Shown: positions 9,801 through 18,132 of the stretch, one piece after another | How positions within the stretch are numbered: the stretch's first letter is position 1 | How the letters are laid out: the number at the start of each line of letters is the position of its first letter | DNA from: Verrucomicrobiales bacterium | GTDB lineage: Bacteria; Verrucomicrobiota; Verrucomicrobiia; Limisphaerales; UBA11320 | Direction: 5' to 3' | Length of the DNA: 64,000 bases | Assembly (NCBI GenBank): GCA_016793885.1 | Contig: JAEUHE010000016.1 | Coordinates: 2,984-66,983 of the forward strand | Translations under genes and position numbers: made by a program | Notes under the pieces: generated by a model | The model's database searches: none | Told to the model about the DNA's origin: nothing | The model's input: only the letters and a program-made list of their open reading frames with translations

Positions 9801-10562
9801 CTCGCCCAACTCTCTCACAATCTTGTCGGGATCGATGAAGTAGCGGTTGGTCAACTCGGGGGATGTCAGGGGAACACCATCAATCGCCGTCAGGTTCAGC
9901 ACCCCGTTGATGGTGGAGGTGGTAAAGCGTGCGTTCGGGCGATCCTCAATCTTGGTGGTGGCGTAATTAGCCACATAGAGGTCGAGGGTTCCATTGCCGT
10001 CGATATCACCCAGGGCCATGGAGGTGCTACCAAAACGCTTGAGCAATCCGCTTTCCTGCGATTCGCTAAAGCGTCCTTTGCCGTCGTTGACCAGCAGTCG
10101 CGTGCCGGTGCCCAACGAGTTGACGAGCAGGTCCAGGTCGCCATCACCGTCGATGTCCCCAAACGATGCCCCGGTGGAGTGGGATCCTTTGCAGGCAACT
10201 CCGGCCGCGTCCGTGATGTTTTCGAACTTCCAGCCACCCAGATTGCGCCATAGCTGGTTTCCCCGTTCCAGCCCGCAGAAATAGATGTCGCATCGTCCGT
10301 CTCCGTCGACGTCGCCGGCCGCGACTCCCGCACCGCTGGTCAGGAGGGAACTCTCCATCGCTTTGGCCTCCGACAGTTCGTTGGTAAAGGAAATTCCGGT
10401 GACGGCGGAGCTCAGGCGGGTCAAGCGAGGGGTGGCGGCCGTGCTGGGCACGGACAGATCCTGCGATCGCCAGCCAGATGCTCGTCGCCACTCCTGGGAC
10501 GTTGCTGAGATACCGGTTTCCGCACTCAGGACGAGCAGGGATAACACTGCCACGATTTTCAT
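6870..10562 (-). CDS. Double-module FG-GAP/VCBS + UnbV_ASPIC (CRTAC1-like) exported protein
   Basis: ORF 6870..10850. Its first 96 codons run over the upstream terminator and gene end, so the start is set at ATG 10562 (MKIVAVLSLLVLSAETGISA). Many FG-GAP motifs are present (AAGDVDGDGRCDIYF, FGDIDGDGDLDLLV, LGDIDGNGTLDLYV...). There are two UnbV_ASPIC-like segments: GIGARIKVTGGPVPQSQEMIGGGRYLSSDD in mid-protein and GIGVLLRLS...HAGTGYWSQDS at the C-terminus. Confidence 0.9.
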   Translation of the reverse strand: MKIVAVLSLLVLSAETGISATSQEWRRASGWRSQDLSVPSTAATPRLTRLSSAVTGISFTNELSEAKAMESSLLTSGAGVAAGDVDGDGRCDIYFCGLERGNQLWRNLGGWKFENITDAAGVACKGSHSTGASFGDIDGDGDLDLLVNSLGTGTRLLVNDGKGRFSESQESGLLKRFGSTSMALGDIDGNGTLDLYVANYATTKIEDRPNARFTTSTINGVLNLTAIDGVPLTSPELTNRYFIDPDKIVRELGEPDVLYLNDGQGHFRPLGWTDGRFRDEQGNQLALPPYDFGLSVMFRDVNGDRAPDLYICNDLFPPDRIWINDGAGKFQAMSTLAVRNTSRFSMGLDFADLDRDGHDDFFVVDMLSRDHQRRKVQMAGLQSMFLPVGKVDNRPQYRRNTLYRGRGDGTFAEISHFAGLSATEWSWMPLFLDLDLDGFEDVFITTGHHRDSLNEDSVARILEARKGKRLSDAEHRDLKKLHYPTLALSNQAFRNMGNLTFVDQARDWGFDYVGISHGMCLADLDDDGDLDLLVNHLNDGAGVYRNECVAPRLSVRLKGLAPNTRGIGARIKVTGGPVPQSQEMIGGGRYLSSDDTVRMFAAGSMTNRLRIQVLWRSGHLSEVTEALPNTLVEIEEPQGVPPPPKPTPNPPRLFTDISSAIAHVHVDARFDDFERQPLLSRRLSQGGPGLSWVDFDGDGWEDLVIGSGAGGQTALYRNDSKGGFVRAGGSLLTHTNDRDQTSLLGWRRADGSFALLAGSANYEDGVAAGHCVRTLDVLRGKEEDLFPAWEISVGPLALADVDGDGLLDLFVGGRVLAGRYPESTSSLLFRGTGAGFEVDRENSRRLGLVGLVNGAVFADLDGDSFPELVVACDWGSIKVFKNEAGRLRNVSRELGFATLTGFWNGVSCGDFDADGRLDLIGSNWGANSKYQDYRKHGLRIYFGTWTDRPELDTMEAYLDVGLRKWVPWCTFVAAKSLPWVIEQYPTYTSFSSAGVADILGERTQGSRMLQATWLETTVFLNRGDHFEPRTLPIEAQMSPAFGVVVADFNGDGNEDVFLAQNFFAVDGDTPRYDAGRGLCLLGDGRGGFNPLDGVESGIMVYGEQRGAAACDYDQDGRPDLAVGQNGGETRLFRNSQGRPGLRVSLNGPVTNPLGIGVLLRLSTDQWQGPIKQVHAGTGYWSQDSAVQILASPAPTARRLWIKWPQGKEYTITVPDQALKVTVDAQGAARF

Positions 10563-10648
10563 TGAGGGAAGCCTCGCACGATTGCTGAGGCGGAGGCAAA
10601 TCTTCTGGTTTCTCTGACCGCCCCATTCAGACCTTTGGATGTCCCCCC

Positions 10649-10681
10649 AAAAAAAGAGCCCGGAGGATGTCCTCCGGGCTC
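10649..10681 (-). terminator. Rho-independent terminator of the lectin/Ig gene
   Basis: On the minus strand: GAGCCCGGAGG-acat-CCTCCGGGCTC (11-bp stem) followed by TTTTTTT, located 37 nt after the stop at 10718. Confidence 0.8.
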
Positions 10682-10717
10682 GTGTCGTTTCAGAGAGTTC
10701 TATCGGCAAATCCTCGT

Positions 10718-13700
10718 TTAGGGCACGCGGATCCGTCCGAACTGACGGGCCTCTGTTGGGGTGAAGGTGAACGGGCTGGCAGCTCCTTCGACCGTGGCCC
10801 ACGGTCCGTCTAGGCTGGTGGCAGCCTCGAGCACTCCGGGTCCGGTCCAACTGAGGGTCACAGTGCCGTTGCTGTTCGCCTGGATGCTGATCACCGGGCG
10901 GTCTGCACCGGTCACCACCACCTCACGTGAGGTGGCGACTCCCAGCGGGTTGGTGACGACCATTTTGTATTTGGCACCCGCCTCGGAGTCGTCCAAAGCC
11001 GGAGTCGTGTAGACCCGGTAAGTGGCTCCAGGAATGGCGACATTGTTTCTAAACCACTGAACTTTCGCTGGGATGAGCCCAGAGAAATCAGCGGTGAAGG
11101 TGATGGGTTGCCCAGTGACCAGCGGAGCATCCGTCGGCTCGAGTGTGATCGCGGGGGCGGTCAGGTCGAAGCAGTTGATGCGCACGTCGTCGATCCAATG
11201 GTTGTCGTTGGCGCCGCCGGTTGAGGCCGCGAAGGAGAACGAGGCATCACGCAGTCCTTGGAATCCGGGCAGGTTGGCGCGGATCACCATTCCGTCGAAG
11301 TTGAAGACCGCCTCGCCTTCGGGGCTCACCAGGGCCTCCACGTCGACGAATTCGTTGGCACGAATTGCAGCTTTGGAAGTGTGCATGTAGGCCACGCGCG
11401 CCCCTTTCCACTTCATCTCGATGCCGGTATCGGTGCCGTCGGCGCAATCGCCGCAGCCGTTGTCAAAGGTATCAACGGTCACGCTCAGTCCCGTTCCGTT
11501 GCCTTCGGTATTCCCAATGTCGTTGCGTACTCCGGGCCCCCAGTTGAAGCTGTAGCCATCGGCACCACTGTTTTCGCCGCCGCCTACCAAGGTGCGCCAG
11601 CGAGCCTGGAGACGATCCAGATTCTCAGTGCCACTCTGGTTCGGAATCCAGAAGACGCCCGTCACTCCCGCCTGTCCGGCATCGGTCAGGTGGATGATAC
11701 CATCCGTGCCGGTGCCACCTCCGACCGTGGCAGCGCCCCGGATCGTTGTTCCTTCCGGCAGCGCATTGTCCGAGAAGTCCTCGCAGAACGCCCCGTAGGT
11801 CCGAGGTGTGGAAGTGACTCGAAGCACGGCATTCTGGCTGGTCGCGGTGCTGAAATCATTGCTCACCACGACCGAGACAACCGCTCCGTCCTGGGCGAGG
11901 GTGGTGATGGCGGTCGTGAACGTTCCTGCAGTCGCTCCGGGCACGGGCACCCCATTCAGCAACCATTGATATCGGTGAGGATACGTGCCGTCCGCAGCTA
12001 CCTTGAACTGCGCAGATGCTCCCACTTCAATGGAGGTGTCGACGGGCTGCGTGGTGATGGCGATGGGCCCCAGGGCAGCACTATTGATGCACACGTCATC
12101 GATCCAGGCATCCTCGCTAGCCCCACCCGTGCGGGCGACGAAGGCGTAATTTCCCTTGAGCACGCCGGCTCCGAAGCCAGGCAGTGTCGCCTTCAAAACG
12201 ATATCGTCATAGGTAAAGGTGGCTTGGCCCTCTGGCGTCACGACCACTTCAGCGTCGACGAATTCTCCTTTGGCGAGGAAGCTCTTGGTGGTCTTTTCGA
12301 ACGCGACCTGATTCCCCCGCCATTTGATTTCCAAGCCCACGTCGGTGCCGTCACTGCAGTCACCGCAGCCGTTGTCGAAGGTGTCGACCGTAACACTTAA
12401 TCCAGACCCGTTGCCCTCTTCCGAGCCAGCGCAGCCTGCGGCGACATCCGTTCCCCAGTTGAAGCTATAGCCATCGGCTGCTGATCCCGAGGAAAACACT
12501 CTCGACTTCCAGCGGGCGTGGAGGTTGGCGAGGGGGCTTTCGCCGGAGAGGTTAGGAATAAAGAACTGCCCGCAGGCCCCGGTCACTCCGTTGTCGGTGA
12601 GCGAAATGATGCCGTTTCCTTCGATGTCCGCGACCTTGGCCACTCCACCCACCGCACTGGGAGCGGGCACCGTTAGGTCGTCAAAGTTTTGACAGAACGC
12701 GCCAAACCCGTGGTGGAAGCTGAGCACGGTCGGATTGGGGAGCAGAACGCTGTTGTCTTCACCTGTGACACCGGAGATCGTCACTGTGTAGTCCGCATCG
12801 GTGTTTAAGCCGGTGGCCGGCAGCACCACCTCGGCGTGGGTCGCTCCATAGGCAGCTGCAGCCAAGGTCACTCCGTTGTCGACTGAATAGGTTCCATCGA
12901 GTTTAACTGGCTTGCTGAAGCGAACGGCCAGCTGATTGTTACGTCCCGCGGTGGATGCGGAGAGGGCCAAGGTGCCGGGGCTCACGCTAAGCGTGGCATT
13001 GTCGGATTTCACGGCCGTGGCGGTTTCCGAATTCTTGATTTCGGCATAGTAGACCGATCCGTTCATGTCCAAGGTCGCAGGAGGCGTGGTGTAGGTGGGC
13101 TGGTTGGCTCCCGGAAGAGGGGAACCATCCTTGAACCATTGAATGGCAAAATCTGGTGTCCCCTCCAATTTCAGAGAGAACGTTACAGTCTTCGTCTCGG
13201 TCACCGACTGGTTCGTCGGCTGTTCGACGATTTGCACGGGGCCCGGGGTGAAGTTCGCGTAGATCTGTAGATTTTCGATCCAGTGGGTTTCGGTGGCTCC
13301 TCCGGTCCTGGCTCCAAAGGCGAACCTACCACCGGAGATCGGCGAGTAGTTCACAGCCACATGGTCGAAGACCACGACATTACTCCACGTCATGCTCAAC
13401 GTCTGGTCGGCGAAAAGCTCGATGAGCACGTCCACATAGGCGGCATCCGAGGCGCTGGCGGGGGCAGATCCGTACGTCTGCAAAGACACGGGATTTCCTG
13501 CGCCATCCAACAAGACCTCGCCGGCGGGGGCTCGGCCGCCTTCCCGGAAAGGATTCGTTTCACCCCCGGTGGACATCGACTGGCTTGCCGCGAGGACATT
13601 GCCTCCTAGCACCTCAATGGCAGGAGCAGTGTCCGTACCGTTGTTGTCCCAAGTATCCATGGTAACGGTGATACCTGTGCCGCTTCCTTCTTCGCCGAAG

Positions 13701-14056
13701 CCACCGCCGGCAACATCGCTCCCGAATGAGAAAGCCATACCATCAGCCGGGCGGACTGTTCCACCTCCGATGGCTACCTTGAATGACACCCGAAAGTTAT
13801 TGACCGGGTCGCCGTTCAGAAAATCGTCCACGTAGAACCCGCCCTGTTGACCTCCGGCCGTCGAGGTCAGTTTCAGGACGCCGCTGTTGCCCAGACCACC
13901 GGAGGTGTCTACCGCGGCCGTTCCCGCCACTGAAGATCCCGCCGGAGTTCCGAACCCGTTAAAATCGCTCGTAAACGAGGCGGCCTCACAAGCCAGGCCC
14001 GTTAGGAGTGCGGGCAGCACGCAGGGGATGAATTTTACAATGTAATTAGGTTTCAT
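10718..14056 (-). CDS. Secreted protein with three L-type (legume-like) lectin / ConA-like domains alternating with Ig-like domains
   Basis: ORF 10718..14080 (GTG). ATG 14056 gives MKPNYIVKFIPCVLPALLTGLA. Lectin-type motifs occur three times: ADGMAFSFG...GITVTMDTWDN, then ADGYSFNWG...GLSVTVDTFDNGCGDCSDGTD, then ADGYSFNWG...GLSVTVDTFDNGCGDCADGTD. Ig-like modules are IQWFKDGSPLPGANQPTYT, YQWLLNGVPVPGATAGTFT and VQWFRNNVAIPGATYRVYT. Confidence 0.9.
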   Translation of the reverse strand: MKPNYIVKFIPCVLPALLTGLACEAASFTSDFNGFGTPAGSSVAGTAAVDTSGGLGNSGVLKLTSTAGGQQGGFYVDDFLNGDPVNNFRVSFKVAIGGGTVRPADGMAFSFGSDVAGGGFGEEGSGTGITVTMDTWDNNGTDTAPAIEVLGGNVLAASQSMSTGGETNPFREGGRAPAGEVLLDGAGNPVSLQTYGSAPASASDAAYVDVLIELFADQTLSMTWSNVVVFDHVAVNYSPISGGRFAFGARTGGATETHWIENLQIYANFTPGPVQIVEQPTNQSVTETKTVTFSLKLEGTPDFAIQWFKDGSPLPGANQPTYTTPPATLDMNGSVYYAEIKNSETATAVKSDNATLSVSPGTLALSASTAGRNNQLAVRFSKPVKLDGTYSVDNGVTLAAAAYGATHAEVVLPATGLNTDADYTVTISGVTGEDNSVLLPNPTVLSFHHGFGAFCQNFDDLTVPAPSAVGGVAKVADIEGNGIISLTDNGVTGACGQFFIPNLSGESPLANLHARWKSRVFSSGSAADGYSFNWGTDVAAGCAGSEEGNGSGLSVTVDTFDNGCGDCSDGTDVGLEIKWRGNQVAFEKTTKSFLAKGEFVDAEVVVTPEGQATFTYDDIVLKATLPGFGAGVLKGNYAFVARTGGASEDAWIDDVCINSAALGPIAITTQPVDTSIEVGASAQFKVAADGTYPHRYQWLLNGVPVPGATAGTFTTAITTLAQDGAVVSVVVSNDFSTATSQNAVLRVTSTPRTYGAFCEDFSDNALPEGTTIRGAATVGGGTGTDGIIHLTDAGQAGVTGVFWIPNQSGTENLDRLQARWRTLVGGGENSGADGYSFNWGPGVRNDIGNTEGNGTGLSVTVDTFDNGCGDCADGTDTGIEMKWKGARVAYMHTSKAAIRANEFVDVEALVSPEGEAVFNFDGMVIRANLPGFQGLRDASFSFAASTGGANDNHWIDDVRINCFDLTAPAITLEPTDAPLVTGQPITFTADFSGLIPAKVQWFRNNVAIPGATYRVYTTPALDDSEAGAKYKMVVTNPLGVATSREVVVTGADRPVISIQANSNGTVTLSWTGPGVLEAATSLDGPWATVEGAASPFTFTPTEARQFGRIRVP

Positions 14057-14346
14057 ACTTGATACTAGGTAACTCTTCACAACCTATACCTCACACAAGA
14101 GGACCACTCGCAGAGAACACGTCTGCGCGTGTGAGCTAAAGTGAAGTAGTAATAATCTGACGCGACCGTCGTTTGCGGGCAACTAAATAGTGGTCAAGGG
14201 GAGTGGAAAATCACCGCTCCGCGGGAGCCGTGAATCGAGGCATTCGAGACCTCGTTCAGATTCTCTGCCGCTGGGTTCTAAGTCGTTACTACTGACCGAT
14301 GGAGGATCCAGTGGGTAAATTGCCAACTTAACGTGCCCAATGTCAC

Positions 14347-17300
14347 TTAAAGTCGTTGGTGAATCTCGATTTCGCGTCTGCCATCAGGAACCACCGTTTC
14401 CGTCACCTGTCCCCCGGGCCACCGCACCCAAATGCGCTGGGGTGCAGCCATGCCGCCTAGGATCTGAACTGGGGCATCTTGAGATCGATAACCTCCTCCC
14501 GCATGAATCTCCCGCGCGGGCCCGAGGCGGTGGGGGTCGCCCCACCGGATCACCGCCCCAATTCCTGCGGGATTGGCGGGCGGTCCTACCAGGCGGAGCC
14601 TCAGCCCAGGCCTCGCTTGGACGTTCCGGAAGAGCCGTGTCATGCCTCCGTTTTGGCACACCGCCAGGTCCACCCTTCCATCATGGTCATAATCGGCCAG
14701 CGCGCAGGCGCGCTGTTCTCCGTAGACTAAAATACCCGCGCGTTTTCCACTCAGGGCTTCAAACCCTCCGCGACCATCCCCTTTCAGCCACAGCCCGCGG
14801 CCGGCGTCATCGCGGGCGGCGGGGGGATTTGATCCGAAGAAATTCTGGCTCAAGAACAGGTCCTCATGGCCGTCTCCGTCCAAATCGCCAACGCAGATGC
14901 CGAAAGCTGGGGACCATTGGGCCTCCATCGGCAGTCGGCGCACTTCGAATCTGTCTCCCCGGTTCAAGAAGACGGTGGACTCCATCCAGTTGACCTCCAG
15001 CTGCTGAGTATGTGCTAAGCGATCGCCTAGCACTTCCTCCACGCTGGCTTGTGCGTAGGAGCTGCGACTGGAGAATCGTTCACGGAGGAAGGGGAGCCGC
15101 CGGGCCAGAACATCCAGCATACGGATGGGAACCCATTTTCGGAGTGCCTGGTCGTAAGCAGCTTCCACTCCCTCAGTCCGCCCCTCGCCATTGATGTCTC
15201 CATAATATAAACGAACCGCGTTCGTGGCGTGGGACTGATATCCGTGGTTGGATCCCCAATTGGAGGCCACCAGATCCAAGCGCCCGTCGCCGTCGAAATC
15301 ACCCGCACTCACACCGTTCCACCAGCCCTTGAATCGATTCATGCCCCAGGCTTCCGTCACCTCTTGAAGACGACCACCCTGGTTCTCAAAAATGCGGAGC
15401 GAACCCCACTCGCAGGCTAGCACGAGCTCCGCCACGCCGTCCCCGGTCAGATCGGTGAAGATGGCACCGCTGACCAACCCGACCTGCTTGAACACGGCGC
15501 TCCGCTCCAGATCCTCCTCAAAGCGATCCTCTACCCGAAGGAGCAACCTGGAGGAAGCCGGCCTTGGATGGTGGCCGGGCAAGCTGCGGCCCCCGACGAA
15601 CAGATCGGGCCTACCGTCCCCATTCACATCGCCCATGGCCATAGGCCCCGGGTCCATTCCCCAATCGGCCAATCTGACTTGGCTGGTCCCGTTGGTGTGA
15701 ATCAGCACCAATCCCCCCGATCCTGGTCGTGCCTCCGCCGGCTGACCATTTGCCGCGATGAGCAGGGCTCCGCTCCGAGTCGTCTGTGTCACGAGAACCG
15801 AAGCCTGGTCGGAAAGGTTTGTTGCCGAGATCGATGGGAGACCCCACGATTCGAAGCCGCCCCGGCCGTTGTTCCGGCGAACTTCCAACCTTCCTCCCTC
15901 TCCCCCAGAGACAACCAGATCCTCCCAGCCATCTCCGTCCACATCGAACCAGGCCGCGCCCGGGCCCAGTTGACTCAGTTTGCGCTCCATCAGTGGCTGG
16001 CGCTCAAAATCATCAAAGGACACATCCGTGTGGCGGTGACCCAGCTGGGGCGAGGCGTCTTCAAAAAAGGGCTGTGTTTCCGCAGGTGGGTCCCAGGGGA
16101 CACTTCCAGACTGGACGACCTCTTCCACCTCATAGGCTCGGTTCGGCATCACGTTGGAGATCACCGTTCTTCCACCCCGCGGCCAGTGCACCGTCAGAGT
16201 GAGTTGATTCGAGTTGAGCCCGGTGGCAAACGTTCGGGCCGGGTCATCGGATGACAAGTACCTCCCTCCCGATATGATTTCTTGGGTCTGGCTTACCGGT
16301 CCTCCCTCGAGCCTCAAGCGGGCTCCGATCCCAGCGGTGTTGGGTTCCTTTCCCCGGAGTCGTACCAAGACGCGTCCCGCGGGCGTGTTGTTGCGATACA
16401 CTTCAGCGCGCTGGTTCAGATTGTTGATCGCCACATCCTGGTCGCCATCATTGTCGAGGTCCGCGAGCGCCATCCCGTGAGAAACCCCGATCAGGTTAAA
16501 CCCCCATGAATCGCTGGTGTCCTCAAAGGTCAGATCGCCTCGGTTTCGAAAGGCGATGTTCGCCGTCGCCAGTCGAGGGAAGAGTTTCCTCGCTTCCAAA
16601 ATTTCCTGGTTCGTGCGGGTCTTGCCTGCTCGCATGGACTTGAGCTCGTCCGCCACATCCAGATTCCGACCGTCGCGTTCGTTGCCGTTCGTGATCAGCA
16701 GATCTTCCCATCCGTCGAGGTCCACGTCGAGGAACGCCGCCGCCCAGGACCATTCGGAGGCGTCAACGCCAGAGTAGCAGGCGATCTCGGCGTAGGTTCC
16801 ATCGCCTCGATTCAGGGAAAGCGTGTTCCGAGCGTACTGCGGTCGGCTCAGAAACTCTCCCGGGGGCATTAGGACTGCCTTGCGATCCGGAGCGAAGTTC
16901 ATGCGTCGTCGATGTTCGCGGCTGAGCATGTCGAGGACAAAAATGTCGTCCCACCCATCCCGGTTGATGTCGGCGACGTCGATCCCCATGGAAAAATGGG
17001 AAGTCTTTCGGATCGCCAGCTGTGGCAAAGCCCTGAAGATCCCTTTGCCTTGGTTGATCCAGACCCGGTCGGGAGAATCGAAGTCGTTGCAAACATATAT
17101 GTCGCACCTTCCGTCTTGGTTGAGATCACGGATCATCACGGAGAGGCCCCACTCGTATGGAGGGGCTTTCAGGGGAGCCCCTTCTTCATCTAGAAACCGT
17201 CCGGTGGTGAAGGAGACCGGCATGAAACGGCCATCGCCCTGGTTTAGGAAGAGGGCATCGCTTTCTCCCAATTCGTCTATTCCTCCGAATTCGCTCACCC

Positions 17301-18126
17301 GGTAGCGATTCGCGAGATCGGGCTCGGTCACGGGACGGCCGTTGACGGTCGAGATCACCTGTCGGCCGTTGATTGTTTTCAACCAGAACTTGGTTTGCGG
17401 CATGTCCGCTAGCGCGGTTGTCCGATAGTTTGTCACATACAGATCGAGGTCTCCATCCTCATCCAAGTCGCCCGCTGCCATGGTCATGCCAGCTTTCCCG
17501 AAATTCAGAGGTGAGGGCTGAGCCTGTAGGGAGAAATGGCCCTGGCCATCGTTTCGAAAGACGCGAGTTTCCTGACCAAACGAACTTAGGATGAGGTCCA
17601 GCGTCCGGTCGCCGTCCACATCCAATAGTATGCTGGAGGTCGCATCCAGATCTCGGCAATCCAGCCCTGAATGGGCGGTGACGTTGGTAAACGTCCAGTC
17701 GCCCAGGTTTCTAAAGAGGGCGCTGCGGCCACCCAAACCGCAAAAGAACAGATCACACCTGCCATCCCCATCCACGTCCCCGGCTGCAACCCCCGATCCG
17801 TTGAAGAGCATCGAATTCGTAATACCCCGGTGTTCTTCCAAAATATTCGTGAAGGAAATGTGCGTCGATTCGGGAGGCATTACGCTGAATCCGACGGAGA
17901 AGGGAGGCTCCCGCTCGGGCAGGATGGCAGTCCTTACCCCCGGCTGGGTCTGCCACTGTAGACGTGCCGATGCGCCGAAGGCCGATTTGTCCTTGGGGAC
18001 CTGCACGAGGACGCAAACCAGGAACAGTTTCATCCAGCCCAGGAACCACTGCCCTAACTGGCGGTGCGCGGGTTTAACCCTCCTAGGCCTGAGCTGAGTC
18101 AGGCGAAGTGACGAAGCCGGGCTCAC
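14347..18126 (-). CDS. Double-module FG-GAP/VCBS + UnbV_ASPIC (CRTAC1-like) exported protein, paralog of 6870..10562
   Basis: 1259-aa ORF with a GTG start at 18126; the alternative ATG 18033 gives MKLFLVCVLVQ. It has the same architecture as the paralog. FG-GAP motifs include AAGDVDGDGRCDLFF, AAGDLDEDGDLDLYV and LADLDNDGDQDVAI. The two UnbV_ASPIC segments are GIGARLRLEGGPVSQTQEIISGGRYLSSDD and GIGAVIRWG...HAGGGYRSQDA. Confidence 0.9.
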   Translation of the reverse strand: MSPASSLRLTQLRPRRVKPAHRQLGQWFLGWMKLFLVCVLVQVPKDKSAFGASARLQWQTQPGVRTAILPEREPPFSVGFSVMPPESTHISFTNILEEHRGITNSMLFNGSGVAAGDVDGDGRCDLFFCGLGGRSALFRNLGDWTFTNVTAHSGLDCRDLDATSSILLDVDGDRTLDLILSSFGQETRVFRNDGQGHFSLQAQPSPLNFGKAGMTMAAGDLDEDGDLDLYVTNYRTTALADMPQTKFWLKTINGRQVISTVNGRPVTEPDLANRYRVSEFGGIDELGESDALFLNQGDGRFMPVSFTTGRFLDEEGAPLKAPPYEWGLSVMIRDLNQDGRCDIYVCNDFDSPDRVWINQGKGIFRALPQLAIRKTSHFSMGIDVADINRDGWDDIFVLDMLSREHRRRMNFAPDRKAVLMPPGEFLSRPQYARNTLSLNRGDGTYAEIACYSGVDASEWSWAAAFLDVDLDGWEDLLITNGNERDGRNLDVADELKSMRAGKTRTNQEILEARKLFPRLATANIAFRNRGDLTFEDTSDSWGFNLIGVSHGMALADLDNDGDQDVAINNLNQRAEVYRNNTPAGRVLVRLRGKEPNTAGIGARLRLEGGPVSQTQEIISGGRYLSSDDPARTFATGLNSNQLTLTVHWPRGGRTVISNVMPNRAYEVEEVVQSGSVPWDPPAETQPFFEDASPQLGHRHTDVSFDDFERQPLMERKLSQLGPGAAWFDVDGDGWEDLVVSGGEGGRLEVRRNNGRGGFESWGLPSISATNLSDQASVLVTQTTRSGALLIAANGQPAEARPGSGGLVLIHTNGTSQVRLADWGMDPGPMAMGDVNGDGRPDLFVGGRSLPGHHPRPASSRLLLRVEDRFEEDLERSAVFKQVGLVSGAIFTDLTGDGVAELVLACEWGSLRIFENQGGRLQEVTEAWGMNRFKGWWNGVSAGDFDGDGRLDLVASNWGSNHGYQSHATNAVRLYYGDINGEGRTEGVEAAYDQALRKWVPIRMLDVLARRLPFLRERFSSRSSYAQASVEEVLGDRLAHTQQLEVNWMESTVFLNRGDRFEVRRLPMEAQWSPAFGICVGDLDGDGHEDLFLSQNFFGSNPPAARDDAGRGLWLKGDGRGGFEALSGKRAGILVYGEQRACALADYDHDGRVDLAVCQNGGMTRLFRNVQARPGLRLRLVGPPANPAGIGAVIRWGDPHRLGPAREIHAGGGYRSQDAPVQILGGMAAPQRIWVRWPGGQVTETVVPDGRREIEIHQRL

Positions 18127-18132
18127 GTCGAT

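Noticed and set aside
10563-10850. N-terminal extensions of several track ORFs (for example 10563..10850, 3215..3337, 19600..19866, 23693..23869, 35433..35573, 38931..39014)
   Set aside because: The extensions overlap the preceding gene or terminator and lack signal or fold features. An internal ATG that yields a signal peptide, a Tat motif or a canonical N-terminus was preferred.
11258-12400. 380-aa plus-strand ORF inside the lectin/Ig gene. Similar shadow ORFs lie at 26213..26908 (-), 32536..33789 (+), 40691..41086 (-) and 57281..58417 (-)
   Set aside because: In every case the opposite strand encodes a protein with strong family motifs. The shadow ORFs have skewed R/G/P/S composition and no motifs.
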